A DNA stretch of 64,000 nt. Source: Coleofasciculaceae cyanobacterium. Lineage in GTDB: Bacteria > Cyanobacteriota > Vampirovibrionia > Vampirovibrionales > Vampirovibrionaceae. The stretch's first letter is position 1; each line of letters opens with the position of its first letter. This document shows, one piece after another, positions 8,399 to 19,300 of this stretch. The stretch covers positions 32,838 through 96,837 of the forward strand of contig DATNPJ010000027.1 in the NCBI GenBank assembly GCA_036703295.1, given 5' to 3'. Below the pieces are notes generated by a model, which saw nothing but the letters and a program-made list of their open reading frames with translations, had not been told where the DNA came from and did not search any database. Both the position numbers and the translations under genes were made by a program.

Positions 8399-10135
8399 CT
8401 AGCTGGGTGGAAGCACTTTCAGGCGGCGGTTGGGTTCGTCGCCGATGCTGACGCTGCTCAGGCGGTGCTTTTCCACCAGCTCGTGCTGCAAGCGGCGGAT
8501 GTAAGAACGCCGGGGCGCCAGTTCCACCGGGGCTTTCTCGTCCAACGCCCGGTCGATGGCGTCCTGGGCCTCCCGCAGGGCCAGCTCGGTTTCATCCTCG
8601 TAAGGTTGCTGGGCCAGTTGTCCCGCAAAAGTCCCGGCGTCGGCATCCAGGGCCTCCCGAAGCGCCCGCTGAATCTGGGGCATGGTGTTGGTCTTGGCGT
8701 AAAACACCGGCACTTCGTAATCCTGGGCCAGCTTCAGTACTTTCGAGCCCGGCCGCGCGTTACCTTTGAGAGAAAGCACCGCATTGGCGTCGTAGATGTT
8801 CTTGGTGTAGCGGATATGGTTCAGGTTCAGCCGCTCCAGAATACGATCCAGGAAGGACTTGCTGATGCCGTACAAAAACACCCGGAATTCTTCCTCTCCC
8901 GGCCCCAATGGCGCCAAGTCCCGCATATGCTCGGTAGGCTCGCCCGGATGAAATAGGGTCGGAGCGCCTTCTTCGGCTTCCATTTCCATAATATGACCGG
9001 GCATCACTTCCAGATCGGTTCGCAGCACCTTGGTGGCGCCGGTTTCCACATCCACCTTGCGAATTTCCGGGAACAAGGTCCAGCCTCGCAGCAGATGATC
9101 CACGGCCTCGGGGACATCCGGGTAAACCGCCAGCGTGTACCGGTCGCGAATCTCGATGCAGATATCAAACGTGGGTTTCTTGGCCCGTTCCAGAATCGTT
9201 TTCTGGGATGAGCGCCGCCTGGCCTCTTCATCTCCCAGCGTGACGGTCTGAATGCCGCCGATCAAATCCGACAGCATGGGGTTTTTGACTAGGTTCTCCA
9301 GGGTATGCCCGTGGGCGGTGGCGATCAGAATTACCCCGCGTTCGGCGATGGTGCGCGCCGCCAGGGCTTCATCCTCGGTACCGATTTCATCAATGATGAT
9401 CACTTCCGGGGTGTGGTTTTGCACCGCTTCAATCATGGTTTCTTTTTGCCGCTCGCGATGAGGGACCTGCATGCGGCGGGCGCGACCCACGGCAGGGTGT
9501 GGAATATCCCCGTCTCCGGCAATCTCGTTGGAGGTATCCACAATGACCACCCGCTTCTGGGCTTCATCGGAGAGCAGCTTGGCAATTTCCCGCAGGCGGG
9601 AGGTCTTGCCCACACCCGGTCTTCCCAGCAGCAGAATACTTTTTCCGGACTCGATCAGATCTTTAATGGGTTCTACCGTGCCGGTGACCACTTTGCCCAC
9701 CCGGCAGGTCAGACCGACGATATCGCCCTGCCTGTTGCGCATGGCGCTGATCCGGTGCAGGGTGCGCGGGATTCCGGCCCGGTTGTCGCTGGTGAAATAG
9801 CCCATGTGTTTCACCACATGGTGAATCTCTTCCAGCGTCACTTGCTGGCTGCCCAGTTCCAGGATGTTCCCTTCGGAGAACCGGGCTTCCGGGACTCGGC
9901 CCAGATCCATCACGATTTCAATCAGGTCATCCAGATCGACGGTCTGCAGGGAGCGGCGAATGCGCTCGGGCAGAATATCAATCAGCAATTGCAGATCGGT
10001 TTCGATAATCGAGTCCTCGATATTCAGGGCCTCACCAAAGGTACGATGGATATGATCCAACGGCGTCGCCACATCGGCGTTGGCCGGTTGCACAGCTTTC
10101 TTCAGAATAGCATCCCTCTCGACGATTGTTATCAA
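8399..10135 (-). CDS. AAA+/P-loop ATPase of the R3H-domain (Ycf45-like) family
   Basis: 578 aa. Walker A 'LLLGRPGVGKTSRLREIAKLL' and Walker B 'VIIIDEIG'. Long N- and C-terminal extensions. Family assignment is from memory of the Ycf45/R3H ATPase architecture. Confidence 0.5.
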   Translation of the reverse strand: MITIVERDAILKKAVQPANADVATPLDHIHRTFGEALNIEDSIIETDLQLLIDILPERIRRSLQTVDLDDLIEIVMDLGRVPEARFSEGNILELGSQQVTLEEIHHVVKHMGYFTSDNRAGIPRTLHRISAMRNRQGDIVGLTCRVGKVVTGTVEPIKDLIESGKSILLLGRPGVGKTSRLREIAKLLSDEAQKRVVIVDTSNEIAGDGDIPHPAVGRARRMQVPHRERQKETMIEAVQNHTPEVIIIDEIGTEDEALAARTIAERGVILIATAHGHTLENLVKNPMLSDLIGGIQTVTLGDEEARRRSSQKTILERAKKPTFDICIEIRDRYTLAVYPDVPEAVDHLLRGWTLFPEIRKVDVETGATKVLRTDLEVMPGHIMEMEAEEGAPTLFHPGEPTEHMRDLAPLGPGEEEFRVFLYGISKSFLDRILERLNLNHIRYTKNIYDANAVLSLKGNARPGSKVLKLAQDYEVPVFYAKTNTMPQIQRALREALDADAGTFAGQLAQQPYEDETELALREAQDAIDRALDEKAPVELAPRRSYIRRLQHELVEKHRLSSVSIGDEPNRRLKVLPPS

Positions 10136-10174
10136 CCCAAACTCCTGTTTTTATTATAGAGGATGAGGATGAGG

Positions 10175-11251
10175 TTACGAACGCATAAATAAGCTGACGA
10201 GCCGCGCTGCAGTTTGTTCTGCAAGTTCATCCGGGAGGGTCCAGATTGTTTTTCGGGCCACAGTCCCCATGCCGACGCCCGAAATGAAGGCATAGCACTC
10301 ATTCTTGAGGAATTCGGAAGTTGTTACATTGATGCCGCCCGAGATGGTGAGCGGGGGCAGGGGGGTGCCGCTATCGCTGAACAGGGTGGCCACTTTCACG
10401 GCAGCTTCCAATGCCGGGCGGGAAGCGTCCGGATCCTCACTGCCGGACATGGGAGCCCCATCCACTTGGAGGATAACCGGCAAGCTGCTATTTTTGCTGG
10501 CGATGTCGTAAAAGGCCAGGATTTGCCCCGCCGGGAGCCCATCAACCCGGAAACAGAGCGAAATCAGTTTGTCTTGCAGCAGCGTGCCCCAGCGTTCAAA
10601 GAACGTTTCCAGCATGAACGGATCGACATAACGGCTGTGGATTTCCACCGCCTGCACCTGAGGGTGGCTGAGAACCGTCTCAATTTGGGCATCCACCTGG
10701 AAAGGAAGCAGGCTGAGCGCATCTGTGGGGCAGGTGGGCACGCAACGTCCACAGCCATAGCAAAGCGATTGTGAAATCTCCAGGGCTTCCGGCAGGGTGA
10801 GGGCTTCGGTGGGGCAAACCGGCAGGCACGCCCCGCATCGAATGCAGCCCGGTTCATTCAGCTCGATTTTGCGGAAGTGCGGATCCGGGTCCAGGGGTAA
10901 ACTCACCATCAGCACCGGCGGAACGCCAGGGAGGGACTCTAATTCGGAGACAACGGCTGAGAGCACGGCCGGATCGGGGGCGATATCAATGCAGTGGGCT
11001 CCCGCCTTGGAAAATATGCCGGCCAGCCAGGCTATTTTAGGCGCTTCGGTCAAGCTGCCGCCGCCAATCAATTTAAAAAAACGGCGTTGCGCCAGCGCAG
11101 CCAGCATCTGTCCCATCCCATCGGGGCGCGAGGGATCGGCTGTAGGTCTGTGGATCAATGGGAGGTGTTCCATGGCATCCCACCTTAGCCAAATTGCCGA
11201 CGCCTCGCAACATGCGGCCCGGAATCCGCCGGGACGTTTTCTCATACCCAA
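10175..11251 (-). CDS. 4Fe-4S dicluster domain-containing protein
   Basis: 358 aa. Two ferredoxin-type cluster motifs: 'CIRCGACLPVCP' and 'CYGCGRCVPTCP'. Remainder unassigned. Confidence 0.5.
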   Translation of the reverse strand: MGMRKRPGGFRAACCEASAIWLRWDAMEHLPLIHRPTADPSRPDGMGQMLAALAQRRFFKLIGGGSLTEAPKIAWLAGIFSKAGAHCIDIAPDPAVLSAVVSELESLPGVPPVLMVSLPLDPDPHFRKIELNEPGCIRCGACLPVCPTEALTLPEALEISQSLCYGCGRCVPTCPTDALSLLPFQVDAQIETVLSHPQVQAVEIHSRYVDPFMLETFFERWGTLLQDKLISLCFRVDGLPAGQILAFYDIASKNSSLPVILQVDGAPMSGSEDPDASRPALEAAVKVATLFSDSGTPLPPLTISGGINVTTSEFLKNECYAFISGVGMGTVARKTIWTLPDELAEQTAARLVSLFMRS

Positions 11252-11391
11252 TGGCCTGTATTCATCGCTCAGTCACCGGAGCGTTCGGGCTGGTCATGGT
11301 CGATGATAGCCTGAGGCACGGGATTGTAAGCCAATCCGGGAATAGAGGTTGTAGGGTGCCGCCGGTTTAGGGTATAACTGAAATTCAGGTT

Positions 11392-11467
<76 letters not shown>

Positions 11468-11544
11468 GTATTTTCAAGGGTTTTAAGGGTTGGGTGTCAT
11501 CATGAGGGCCATTCTGGGCCTAAGTTGGAAACAGGGGGGCAGAG

Positions 11545-11886
11545 ATGCGACTACAATTTCAGGGTGTCACGATCTATTCCGGTAACAAGGATGCCGTCCT
11601 TGACGCTTTTGATCAGCATACCGAGGAGACCGGCAAGCCCAGAACCGTGGGCGCCTTTTACAAGGGAGGGGCGGAAGCCGTGGTTCTGGATAATGTCGAC
11701 TATGACAGCTTCTGCGCCAGAAATAGCCTGGGGGATATTCATGACCCCCACAATCCGTATCATCAGGCCTATTTTTATTATCATCCTGCCGATTCTTCTT
11801 ATTTTTCCAATGACATTTCGGACTACCTGACGCAACAAGCAGGCAAAGATGCCCTGAAAATGCCCATCAGCAATGTGAAAGTTTAG
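11545..11886 (+). CDS. Hypothetical protein
   Basis: 113 aa ORF downstream of tRNA-Thr. Tyr/His-rich C-terminus. No recognisable family. Confidence 0.3.
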   Translation: MRLQFQGVTIYSGNKDAVLDAFDQHTEETGKPRTVGAFYKGGAEAVVLDNVDYDSFCARNSLGDIHDPHNPYHQAYFYYHPADSSYFSNDISDYLTQQAGKDALKMPISNVKV

Positions 11887-12201
11887 AATTCAAGAACGGG
11901 CATGGCCGCATTTTCAGCAGAATACGGCGCAGTGCCATGCGGGCAGAATCTCAATATTCCATCGCCACAACGCGCATCCCGCATTTGCGGCATCTGGGCT
12001 GCCCTGATCACGCTGTCCCGTTAGTCAAAAGGATCCTCGACCGCGAAAAAAGGTTAACCTGCGGGTATCTTTTTGCTAGAATAGGCACACTTTTAAACGC
12101 TTTCTACAGCGCTCCAATGCGCGTTATCGTTCAGTTTGGTTCTGAAGCAAGCCAGAGCATTTGCAAAGACCATAATTACCTAGAAAGAAAGAGACACACA
12201 A

Positions 12202-14055
12202 ATGAATCGCACTTCCGATTTATGCTGGATGATTGGCGGTCCCCAGGGAACCGGGGTTGATTCCTCGGCCACTCTGTTTGCCCGTACATGTGCAGCCGCT
12301 GGTTACTGGATCTATGGTCGCCGGGAGTACCACTCCAACATTAAGGGCGAGCACAGCTATTTCCAGGTCCGGGTCAAGAACGAGCCCGTCCAGTGTCACG
12401 TCGATCCCGTTCATGTTCTGGCCACCTTCGAAAACTCCACCGCAGAACTCCATGCCTTTGAAGTGGTTGCGGACGGGGCGTTTATCTACGACCCCAAGCT
12501 GACCGACCCTGCCAAGCTGGAACTCAAGCCGGGGGTGTTGAAATTTCCCATCCCCTTCGATGAAATCCTGGAAGAGCTGGCCCAGGAAACCGGCAAAACG
12601 GTGACTTCGCTGGCCATCATGAAAAACACCATCGCCGTGGCGGCCTCCATGGCGCTTTGCCAGATTGAGCTCAGCGCGCTGGAAGAAGCACTGGCCGGTC
12701 TTTTCACGGGCAGCAAGGCCAAGCTGATTTCGATGAACATGAAAGCTGCGACCCGCGCCTATGAGGCCATGAAGAAGTTTTCGGAAATCGAAAACTTCAA
12801 CTACGTGATGGAAAAACCGGTGAATGCTCCGGCTAAAGGCTCCCGTTACATCATGAACGCGGCGGTTGCCACCGGTCTGGCCAAGCTGAAAGCCGGTTGC
12901 CGCCTGTTGACGTACTACTCCATCACCCCGGCCGTGGATGAATGTATTTATCTCGAAGAGCAATCCGAGTACGGTCTGCCGGTTGTGCAGTGCGAAGACG
13001 AACTGGCTGCGGCCTGTATGGCTATTGGCGCTGGAACCACCGGGATTCGCGTCTCCACGTCCACTTCCGGTCCTGGCTTCGACTTGATGAGTGAAGCCAT
13101 GGGTTGGGCGGGCATCAACGAAGTGCCCGTGGTCATCTTCGATTACATGCGCGGTGGCCCTTCCACCGGTCTGCCGACCCGCCACGAGCAAACGGACTTG
13201 CTGACCGCCATTTTCGCGGGCCACGGCGAGTATCCGAAAATCGTGATGGCCCCCGGCGACATCACGGAGCAGTTCTACGATACCTTCAACGCCTTCAACT
13301 ATGCCGATCGCTACCAGACCACCGTGGTCTTTGTCAGCGATAAGCTGCTGGCCAACAACACCATCTGCGTGCCCAAGTTCGACGAATCCAAAATGCTCGT
13401 GGACCGGGGTACCATCGTGGATGCCAGCCACGTGGATGAAAACAACATGGAAGCGGCGCTGGCCAAGTTCCCGCGTTTCGCCATCACGGAAGACGGCATC
13501 TCCCCGCGGGCGCTGCCCGGTATGCCGGGCCACATCCACTGGATGACCGGCGACGAGCACACCGAGTACGGCCACATTACCGAGGATCCGCCAATTCGCA
13601 TTCCGATGCAGGAAAAACGGATGAAAAAACTGGGTCTGGCGGCGAAGGAAATCCCGCAGGATAACCAGTGGAAGTACCACAACCCCACCGGCGCCCAGGA
13701 TGCGCCACTGACCATCATCAGCTGGGGTTCCACCAAGGGCGTGATCATGGACGCTATCCAGGTGCTGAAAGAAGAGCACGGCCTGGATGTGGACTTCCTG
13801 CAAATCCGTCTGCTGAACCCGTTCCCGACCGAAGCGGTGGCCCGGCACCTGAAAAAAGCCAAGCGCGCCGTGGTTGTGGAATCGAGCTTCACCGGCCAGA
13901 TCACCCAGCTGATCACCATGCGGACCGGCATCCAGATCGAGCACGAAGTGCTGAAATGGAGTGGTCGTCCAATTTCGGAGACCGAGCTGGTTGCTGCCAT
14001 GAAAGAAATTCACGAAAAACAGTCCAGAAAGGTGGTATTGTCCTATGGCCTCTAG
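12202..14055 (+). CDS. korA: 2-oxoacid:ferredoxin oxidoreductase, alpha subunit (KorA-like)
   Basis: 617 aa. Typical OFOR alpha organisation and conserved blocks ('GGPQGTGV', 'STSTSGPGFDLM', 'GGPSTGLPT'). Substrate (2-oxoglutarate vs pyruvate or other) not assignable. Confidence 0.8.
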   Translation: MNRTSDLCWMIGGPQGTGVDSSATLFARTCAAAGYWIYGRREYHSNIKGEHSYFQVRVKNEPVQCHVDPVHVLATFENSTAELHAFEVVADGAFIYDPKLTDPAKLELKPGVLKFPIPFDEILEELAQETGKTVTSLAIMKNTIAVAASMALCQIELSALEEALAGLFTGSKAKLISMNMKAATRAYEAMKKFSEIENFNYVMEKPVNAPAKGSRYIMNAAVATGLAKLKAGCRLLTYYSITPAVDECIYLEEQSEYGLPVVQCEDELAAACMAIGAGTTGIRVSTSTSGPGFDLMSEAMGWAGINEVPVVIFDYMRGGPSTGLPTRHEQTDLLTAIFAGHGEYPKIVMAPGDITEQFYDTFNAFNYADRYQTTVVFVSDKLLANNTICVPKFDESKMLVDRGTIVDASHVDENNMEAALAKFPRFAITEDGISPRALPGMPGHIHWMTGDEHTEYGHITEDPPIRIPMQEKRMKKLGLAAKEIPQDNQWKYHNPTGAQDAPLTIISWGSTKGVIMDAIQVLKEEHGLDVDFLQIRLLNPFPTEAVARHLKKAKRAVVVESSFTGQITQLITMRTGIQIEHEVLKWSGRPISETELVAAMKEIHEKQSRKVVLSYGL

Positions 14056-15046
14056 TCCCACAAGCCAAGAAAATCTGCTGAAAACCCCGCTGAAAGGGTC
14101 TCAGCTGAAAAGTGACGTCCATGCCGACTGGTGCCCTGGTTGTGGCGATTTTGGGATCACCAACTCCATCCAGCAGGCCATAGCCGGTCTGGGCCTGAAA
14201 CCCTGGGAGACATTCCTGGTTTCCGGCGTGGGCTGCTCCGGTAAAGTCCCGCACTACGTGCATGTCTACGGGATGCACACCCTGCACGGACGCTCGCTGG
14301 CCTTCGCCCAGGGCGCCAAAATCGCAAACCCCAACCTGACGGTCATTGCCGCCGGCGGTGACGGTGACGGCTACGGGATTGGCGCCGGCCACTTCGTGCA
14401 TGCGGGCCGTCGCAACCTGGATATGACCTACGTGGTATTCAACAACGAGGTCTATGGTCTGACCAAAGGGCAGGCGTCCCCCACGCTGGCCCAGGGTGCC
14501 CAACCTAAGTCGCTGGCGCTGCCCAACCCGGTGCAGGCGCTCAACCCGATTGCGCTGGCGCTGGCCTGCGGTTACACGTTCATTGCCCGCAGTTACGCCT
14601 TCGATGCCAAGCACCTGAAGGAAACCCTGATGAAGGCCATCCAGCACAAGGGCATGGCCCTGGTGGATGTCCTGCAACCCTGCCCCACCTACAACAACCT
14701 GCACACGAAGGACTACTTCGCGGAGATGGTGGATGTGGGTGGCAGCCAGGTACCCCGTGTGTACTACCTGGATCAGGATGGCTACGACGGCGTGGTGAAA
14801 AACTCGAACGATGTGCACGAAGTCAACGAGAAGATGAACCAGTGCTTCGAGCGGGCGCATCGTCATGAAGAGCGGGTGGCGCTGGGAGTGTACTTCCAGA
14901 TCCAGAAGCCGACCCTCATGGACATGATGAAGCAAAACATCCCGCTGCTGAACGAGTTCGCACCGGTGGAGCTGCCCTACTTCAACGAACAGACGGGCCT
15001 GGCCACTACGGATATCGCGAAAGCCGCTTCGGAGTTCGTGATTTAG
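14045..15046 (+). CDS. korB: 2-oxoacid:ferredoxin oxidoreductase, beta subunit (TPP-binding, KorB-like)
   Basis: 333 aa. 'WCPGCGDFG' cysteine motif and TPP-binding 'GDGDGYGIG' block. Overlaps korA by 11 nt. Confidence 0.8.
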   Translation: MASSPTSQENLLKTPLKGSQLKSDVHADWCPGCGDFGITNSIQQAIAGLGLKPWETFLVSGVGCSGKVPHYVHVYGMHTLHGRSLAFAQGAKIANPNLTVIAAGGDGDGYGIGAGHFVHAGRRNLDMTYVVFNNEVYGLTKGQASPTLAQGAQPKSLALPNPVQALNPIALALACGYTFIARSYAFDAKHLKETLMKAIQHKGMALVDVLQPCPTYNNLHTKDYFAEMVDVGGSQVPRVYYLDQDGYDGVVKNSNDVHEVNEKMNQCFERAHRHEERVALGVYFQIQKPTLMDMMKQNIPLLNEFAPVELPYFNEQTGLATTDIAKAASEFVI

Positions 15047-15061
15047 GTTCGGAAATCTATA

Positions 15062-15105
15062 AAAAACAAATCCCCGGTCAGGAATGGCCGGGGATTTGTT
15101 TTTTT
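15062..15105. terminator. Rho-independent (bidirectional) terminator after korB
   Basis: Perfect 11-bp inverted repeat caaatccccgg/ccggggatttg with a 10-nt loop. Flanked by an A-run upstream and a T-run downstream. Confidence 0.75.
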
Positions 15106-15121
15106 ACTGCGGCAAAAGCGA

Positions 15122-15523
15122 TTAATGGATGATATCCAGCTTTCGGCGCTTGGGATCCCGTACGAATTCTCTGAATGCATTCGGTGGTACACCCAGTTCA
15201 TGGGCAATATTGCCCAATAAAGTAGGCCCAATATCTCCGGCATGGCCACCCGACACGCAGGGAATATTGATGTGTCCATTGGTATAGTGCAGTGCATGTC
15301 GGCCTCCCGTGGCCTCCTCAAACCCCAATGCTCTCATGGCAACCTTCAACTGGCGCGGTTTGACGGCCCCGCCGGAGAACTGAAGGTTTGTATGGGCGCT
15401 GGTCTGATAACGATGCGGTCCTGACAACATATCAATAAGCCCTGAAGATGAGTGAACACCGGTATAAAAGTAACTGAACCCGTTTTTGTGCGCATGGTTG
15501 AACGCTATACATAAGCATACCAT
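15122..15523 (-). CDS. Hypothetical protein, possibly HicA-like (YcfA) toxin fold
   Basis: 133 aa. C-terminal part 'KPRQLKVAMRALGFEEATGGRHALHYTNGHINIPCVSGGHAGDIGPTLLGNIAHELGV' resembles the HicA mRNA-interferase pattern. No adjacent HicB-like gene seen. Confidence 0.25.
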   Translation of the reverse strand: MVCLCIAFNHAHKNGFSYFYTGVHSSSGLIDMLSGPHRYQTSAHTNLQFSGGAVKPRQLKVAMRALGFEEATGGRHALHYTNGHINIPCVSGGHAGDIGPTLLGNIAHELGVPPNAFREFVRDPKRRKLDIIH

Positions 15524-15650
15524 TGAGCTTTACAGAGGGGCCAGCCCCTCCGTACCTCCCCGCTGGAACCTGAGTCAAGTTGTACGCCTAAAAGCGGATT
15601 TTGTAATTTAGAGTAGCCACCCGGTCCGCTAAGAGGACTGTTTTTTTTAC

Positions 15651-16268
15651 CTAGTTTGCAGTATTACCAAAGCCAGCTTCAGCTAAAGCCTCTCCATTAT
15701 TAATTCCGGGCGTACCTCCTTGGAGCAAGTTAAAAGTAGAACGGTGTTGCTGATTGTATATGTCTTTATATGCAACTTCCCCATAAACATATAATGCTTT
15801 TGTCCCGGCTAAAATTTCTGCCCGCTCTCCATCTGTATAGTCATCGTGACTGAGACTCATCCACACCGTTTCTCCGGATTCCAAAGTGAATTTGGAGAGC
15901 AAAATATTCTCAGGATCACCTAACTCGGCTATGGAAGAAGGATATTTTCTGACCGCCATCTTAGCCCAACCTCTGACATCATAAGCAGGAGTTTGGCCAG
16001 AATTTTTTAAACCTAAGGAAACGACCCGAATTCCTCTAGTGTGAAAATTATTAATTTTTACCTGATCAATACCCGCATAAGCCCTTAATTGATGATGCGC
16101 AGTATCTTCGGCAATGTCCGCTTGCCTTAAGGCGATTGCAAACATCAGCACATTGCCAATCAAACTCACTATCAGTAGGCAAATATTAACCCACACAGAG
16201 ATTGTTAATGGCTCTGTTTGAGACACAGATTTACCTAAAAACTTTTTAATTTTTTTCATTAGAATCAA
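15651..16268 (-). CDS. Hypothetical membrane-anchored protein (AT-rich ORFan)
   Basis: 205 aa. N-terminal TM 'VWVNICLLIVSLIGNVLMFAIAL'. The gene and flanks (about 15540-16330) are AT-rich versus neighbours. Confidence 0.4.
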   Translation of the reverse strand: MILMKKIKKFLGKSVSQTEPLTISVWVNICLLIVSLIGNVLMFAIALRQADIAEDTAHHQLRAYAGIDQVKINNFHTRGIRVVSLGLKNSGQTPAYDVRGWAKMAVRKYPSSIAELGDPENILLSKFTLESGETVWMSLSHDDYTDGERAEILAGTKALYVYGEVAYKDIYNQQHRSTFNLLQGGTPGINNGEALAEAGFGNTAN

Positions 16269-16331
16269 GAACCCTCATCACAACAAAATCCCAGCCTCGA
16301 AAGAGGCTGGGGTTTTTGTATTATTAGTTCC

Positions 16332-19300
16332 TTACGAGCAGCCTTCGGAGTTGCCGCAGTTGTCGCACTTGTAGCAGGCGCCGTTGCGGATGGTGATGCT
16401 GCCGCAGTTGCTGCAGAAGGGCGCGTCACCCATCATGCTCTTCAACTGTTCGGTGCGCAGCAGGCTGGTGGAAAGCTCCGTGTCCGCCGCCACTTTGGGT
16501 TTGGGCGGGGCTTCGGTCTTCAGCTCCAGTTGCTTCTGCACCGCTTCTTCGCGGGTCTGTCCACCTTCGGGCGGGACCTGCACAAAGTCGGTGCGGCCCA
16601 GGTACTCCATACCCAGCACGCGGAAGATGAAGTCCACAATGGAGGTGCACTGCTTGATATTGGTGTGATCGGTCATGCCGGAGGGTTCAAAGCGGGTGAA
16701 CGTGAAGGAATCCACGAACTTCTCCAGCGGCACGCCGTATTGCAAGCCCAGTGAGACCGCCACCGCGAAGCAATTCACCATGCTGCGGTAGGCCGCGCCT
16801 TCCTTGAACATGTCGATGAAGATTTCACCCAGGCGGCCCTCTTCGAATTCGCCGGTCCGCAGGTGGATTTTGTGCCCGCTGACCGAGGTCTCCAGCGTGA
16901 AACCGTTGCGCTTGCGCGGCAGTTCCCGCTTGGTGCCCCATGCCAGTGGTGCCGGGACGCCCGCTTCTTCCAAAGCCTCTTCGGTGTCGGTTTTGCTTTG
17001 GGAGGTGTTCAGCGGCTGGGACCACTTGGAGCCGTCCCGATACAGTGCCACGCACTTCAGGCCCATCTTCCAGGCATCCACATAGATGCGTTCGATGTCT
17101 TCGACCGTGGCGTCGCCAGGCAGGTTCACGGTTTTGGAGATGGCGCCGGACAGGAAGGGTTGAGCCGCAGCCATGATCTTGATGTGAGCCATCGGATCAA
17201 TGTAGCGCTCCCCTTTTCCACACTTGTTGGCGCAATCGAAGACCGGGTAGTGGGTCTGTTTCAGGTAAGGCGCGCCTTCCACGGTGCCGGTGCCGTTCAC
17301 GTAATCCGTGACGGCGTTGATCTCCACTTGGCTCATGCCTTTGGCCTTCAAGGCTTCCGGAGTGATGCCGGGGGTCCATTCGTTGAGGCTGCCGCTGGCT
17401 TTCACGCCTTCATAAGCCTGATCCACCTCTTCTTTGGTGAAGCCCAGCTCGTAGAAGGTGACCGGGTTGGCAAACGGCGCGCCTTCCAGGGTGCCATGAC
17501 CCAGGATGTATTTTACGATGCCGTCCACTTCGTCCGGCCCGTATCCCAAGGCGCGCAGCGCACGAGGCACGGATTGGTTGACGATCTTGAAGTAGCCACC
17601 GCCCGCCAGCTTTTTCCACTTCACCAGGGAGAAATCAGGCTCGATGCCGGTGGTGTCGCAATCCATCAGCAGGCCGATGGTCCCGGTGGGCGCCAACACG
17701 GTGGCTTGCGCGTTGCGGTAGCCATGCTTCACGCCCAATTCCACGGTCTCGTCCCAGACCTGCTTGGCGGCTTCCAACAGGTAAGGCGGGCAGAACTGCT
17801 GGTTGATGTCGTATACGGCATCGCGGTGCTTGTGCATCACGCGCAGCATCGAGCTTTCGTTGGGCTGGTACATCGGGAACGCTCCCAAGGCACCGGCCAG
17901 CTCAGCGGAAGTCCGGTAGGCTTCCCCGTGCATGATGGCCGTGATGGCCCCGGTGATGGCGTAGCTCTGCTCGCTATCGTAGGGAATGCCCTTCAGCATC
18001 AGCAGGGTGCCCAGATTGGCGTAACCCAGGCCCAGCGGACGGTAGTTGTGGCTGTTTTGGGCAATCTGTTCGGTGGGATAGGAGGCAAAATCCACCATGA
18101 TTTCCTGCGCGGTGAAGAACACCCGGCAGGCGTGGCGGTAGCCTTCCACATCGAAGTTGCCGGCCTCATCCAGGAACTTGGTGAGGTTGATGGAAGCCAG
18201 GTTGCAGGCCGTGTTGTCCAGGAAGTGATACTCCGAGCACGGGTTGGAGCCGTAGATGCGGGCCGTGTTCAGGCAGGTGTTCCAGTCGTTGATGATATCG
18301 TCGAACTGAACGCCCGGATCCGCGCACGCCCAGGCTGCCTGCGCAATTTCCTTCATCAGCTCGCGGGATTTGTAGGTGTCGGCGACCTCTCCGGTGGTCC
18401 GGAAGGTGGTTTGCCAATCTTCATCGTTGAGGTAGGCATTCATGAACTTGTCGCTGAGGCGCACCGAGTTGTTGGAGTTCTGTCCGGCCACGGTGTGATA
18501 GGCTTCTCCGTTGAAATCGGCGGAATAGCCCGCATCGATGAGAACCTTGACCTTTTTCTCTTCCTTCTGCTTCCAGAGAATGAAATCCATGATCTCCGGG
18601 TGATCCATGTCCAGGCAGACCATTTTGGCCGCGCGGCGGGTGGTGCCGCCGGACTTGGTTGCGCCCGCACCCCGGTCCAGCACTTCCAAAAACGACATCA
18701 AGCCGCTGGACGTGCCGCCGCCGGAGAGTTTCTCCTGTTTGCCGCGGATTTTGGAGAAGTTGGTGCCGGTGCCGGATCCGAACTTGAAGAGCCGGGCCTC
18801 GTTCTTGATGAGATCAAAGAGGCTCATCAGATCGTCATCCACGCTCTGGATGAAGCAGGCCGAGCATTGCGGGTGCTCGTAGGAGCTGTTGGCCACTTCA
18901 ATGCGCTGAGCCACCGGGTTCCAGTACCAGTTGCCGCCGCTGCCTTCAATTTTATATTCGTGCCACAGGCCGCAGTTGAACCACACCGGGGAGTTGAAGG
19001 CACCTTTCTGGGTGATGAGCAGGTGGCTCAGTTCCATCTCAAAGGTATCCGCGTCTTCTGTCGTCGCGAAAACGCCGAAGTGCTCGCCTTGTTTCCGGAT
19101 GGTATGGGCCAGGCGGTAGACCACCTGTTTGACGCTTTTCTCGCTGCCCAGCTTGCCGGTGACCTTATCCGGCACGCCCGCCTTGCGGAAGTACTTGGAT
19201 ACCACGATGTCGGTGGCCAACTGGCTCCAGGACGCGGGGACTTCCACGTCTTTCATTTCAAAAATGATGGTGCCGTCCGGCTCGGTAATCTTGGAAGTGC

